A stretch of 15,598 bases of DNA from Microcystaceae cyanobacterium (GTDB lineage: Bacteria; Cyanobacteriota; Cyanobacteriia; Cyanobacteriales; Microcystaceae), in NCBI GenBank assembly GCA_041746575.1, contig JBGTGT010000104.1, positions 1 through 15,598 on the forward strand, written 5' to 3'. The position numbers were made by a program, and so were the translations under genes. This document shows positions 15,463 through 15,598 of this stretch, piece by piece (positions within the stretch are counted from its first letter, which is position 1; every line of letters begins with the position of its first letter). A model generated the notes under the pieces. That model ran no database searches and was not told the origin of the DNA. It saw only the letters and a program-made list of their open reading frames with translations.

Positions 15463-15598
15463 AGTAGCTAGGCAGAATTAAATAGAAAACGTTCTGTAGT
15501 ATGTTGCGATCGTTGTGCGCGAGTTTCTACACTCTCGATTACAGTGATCGCCAAATCATATTCGTCTTCAAAAATCCGACCAGCCAGTTCATGTGTTT
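15463..15598 (-). mobile_element. IS630-family element, 3' end (transposase C-terminus 15468-15598, partial)
   Basis: Minus-strand translation THELAGRIFEDEYDLAITVIESVETR...ERFLFNSA* resembles cyanobacterial IS630 transposase C-termini. The element starts right after a TA (15461-15462), where tnpB homology breaks. Confidence 0.72.

Noticed and set aside
15117..15467. 116-aa ORF as an intact TnpB or mini-Cas12 effector of the CAST
   Set aside because: Its start is inside the transposon end and its stop is inside IS630. It lacks RuvC-I, the zinc finger and RuvC-III, and lies outside the element.

Overview
Cyanobacterial-type, AT-rich window that is almost entirely the distal part of a Tn7-like CRISPR-associated transposon (type I-B CAST). 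From left to right: (1) decayed toxin-antitoxin cargo (PIN toxin pseudogene plus antitoxin, and a DUF6883/DUF4926-like pair). (2) A nuclease-less type I-B (Myxan-type) Cascade operon, cas6-cas8(+internal cas11)-cas7-cas5, with a repeat-flanked four-helix-bundle gene inserted between cas6 and cas8. (3) A short degenerate CRISPR array (4 repeats, 3 spacers) and a long TnsD-type target selector. (4) A convergent three-gene cargo operon: UvrD helicase with an inserted DEDDh exonuclease, a SAM-methyltransferase/reverse transcriptase/alpha-helical fusion, and an AlkB-like dioxygenase. This operon is the best candidate for an uncharacterised RT-based defence system. (5) A transposon end with three Tn7-like TnsB sites, ending in ...ACA at 15127. 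The end abuts an IS200/IS605 tnpB fragment, which is cut again by an IS630 element. tnsA/B/C, tniQ and the other end are not in the window. All family calls come from motif recognition by eye, with no database search.
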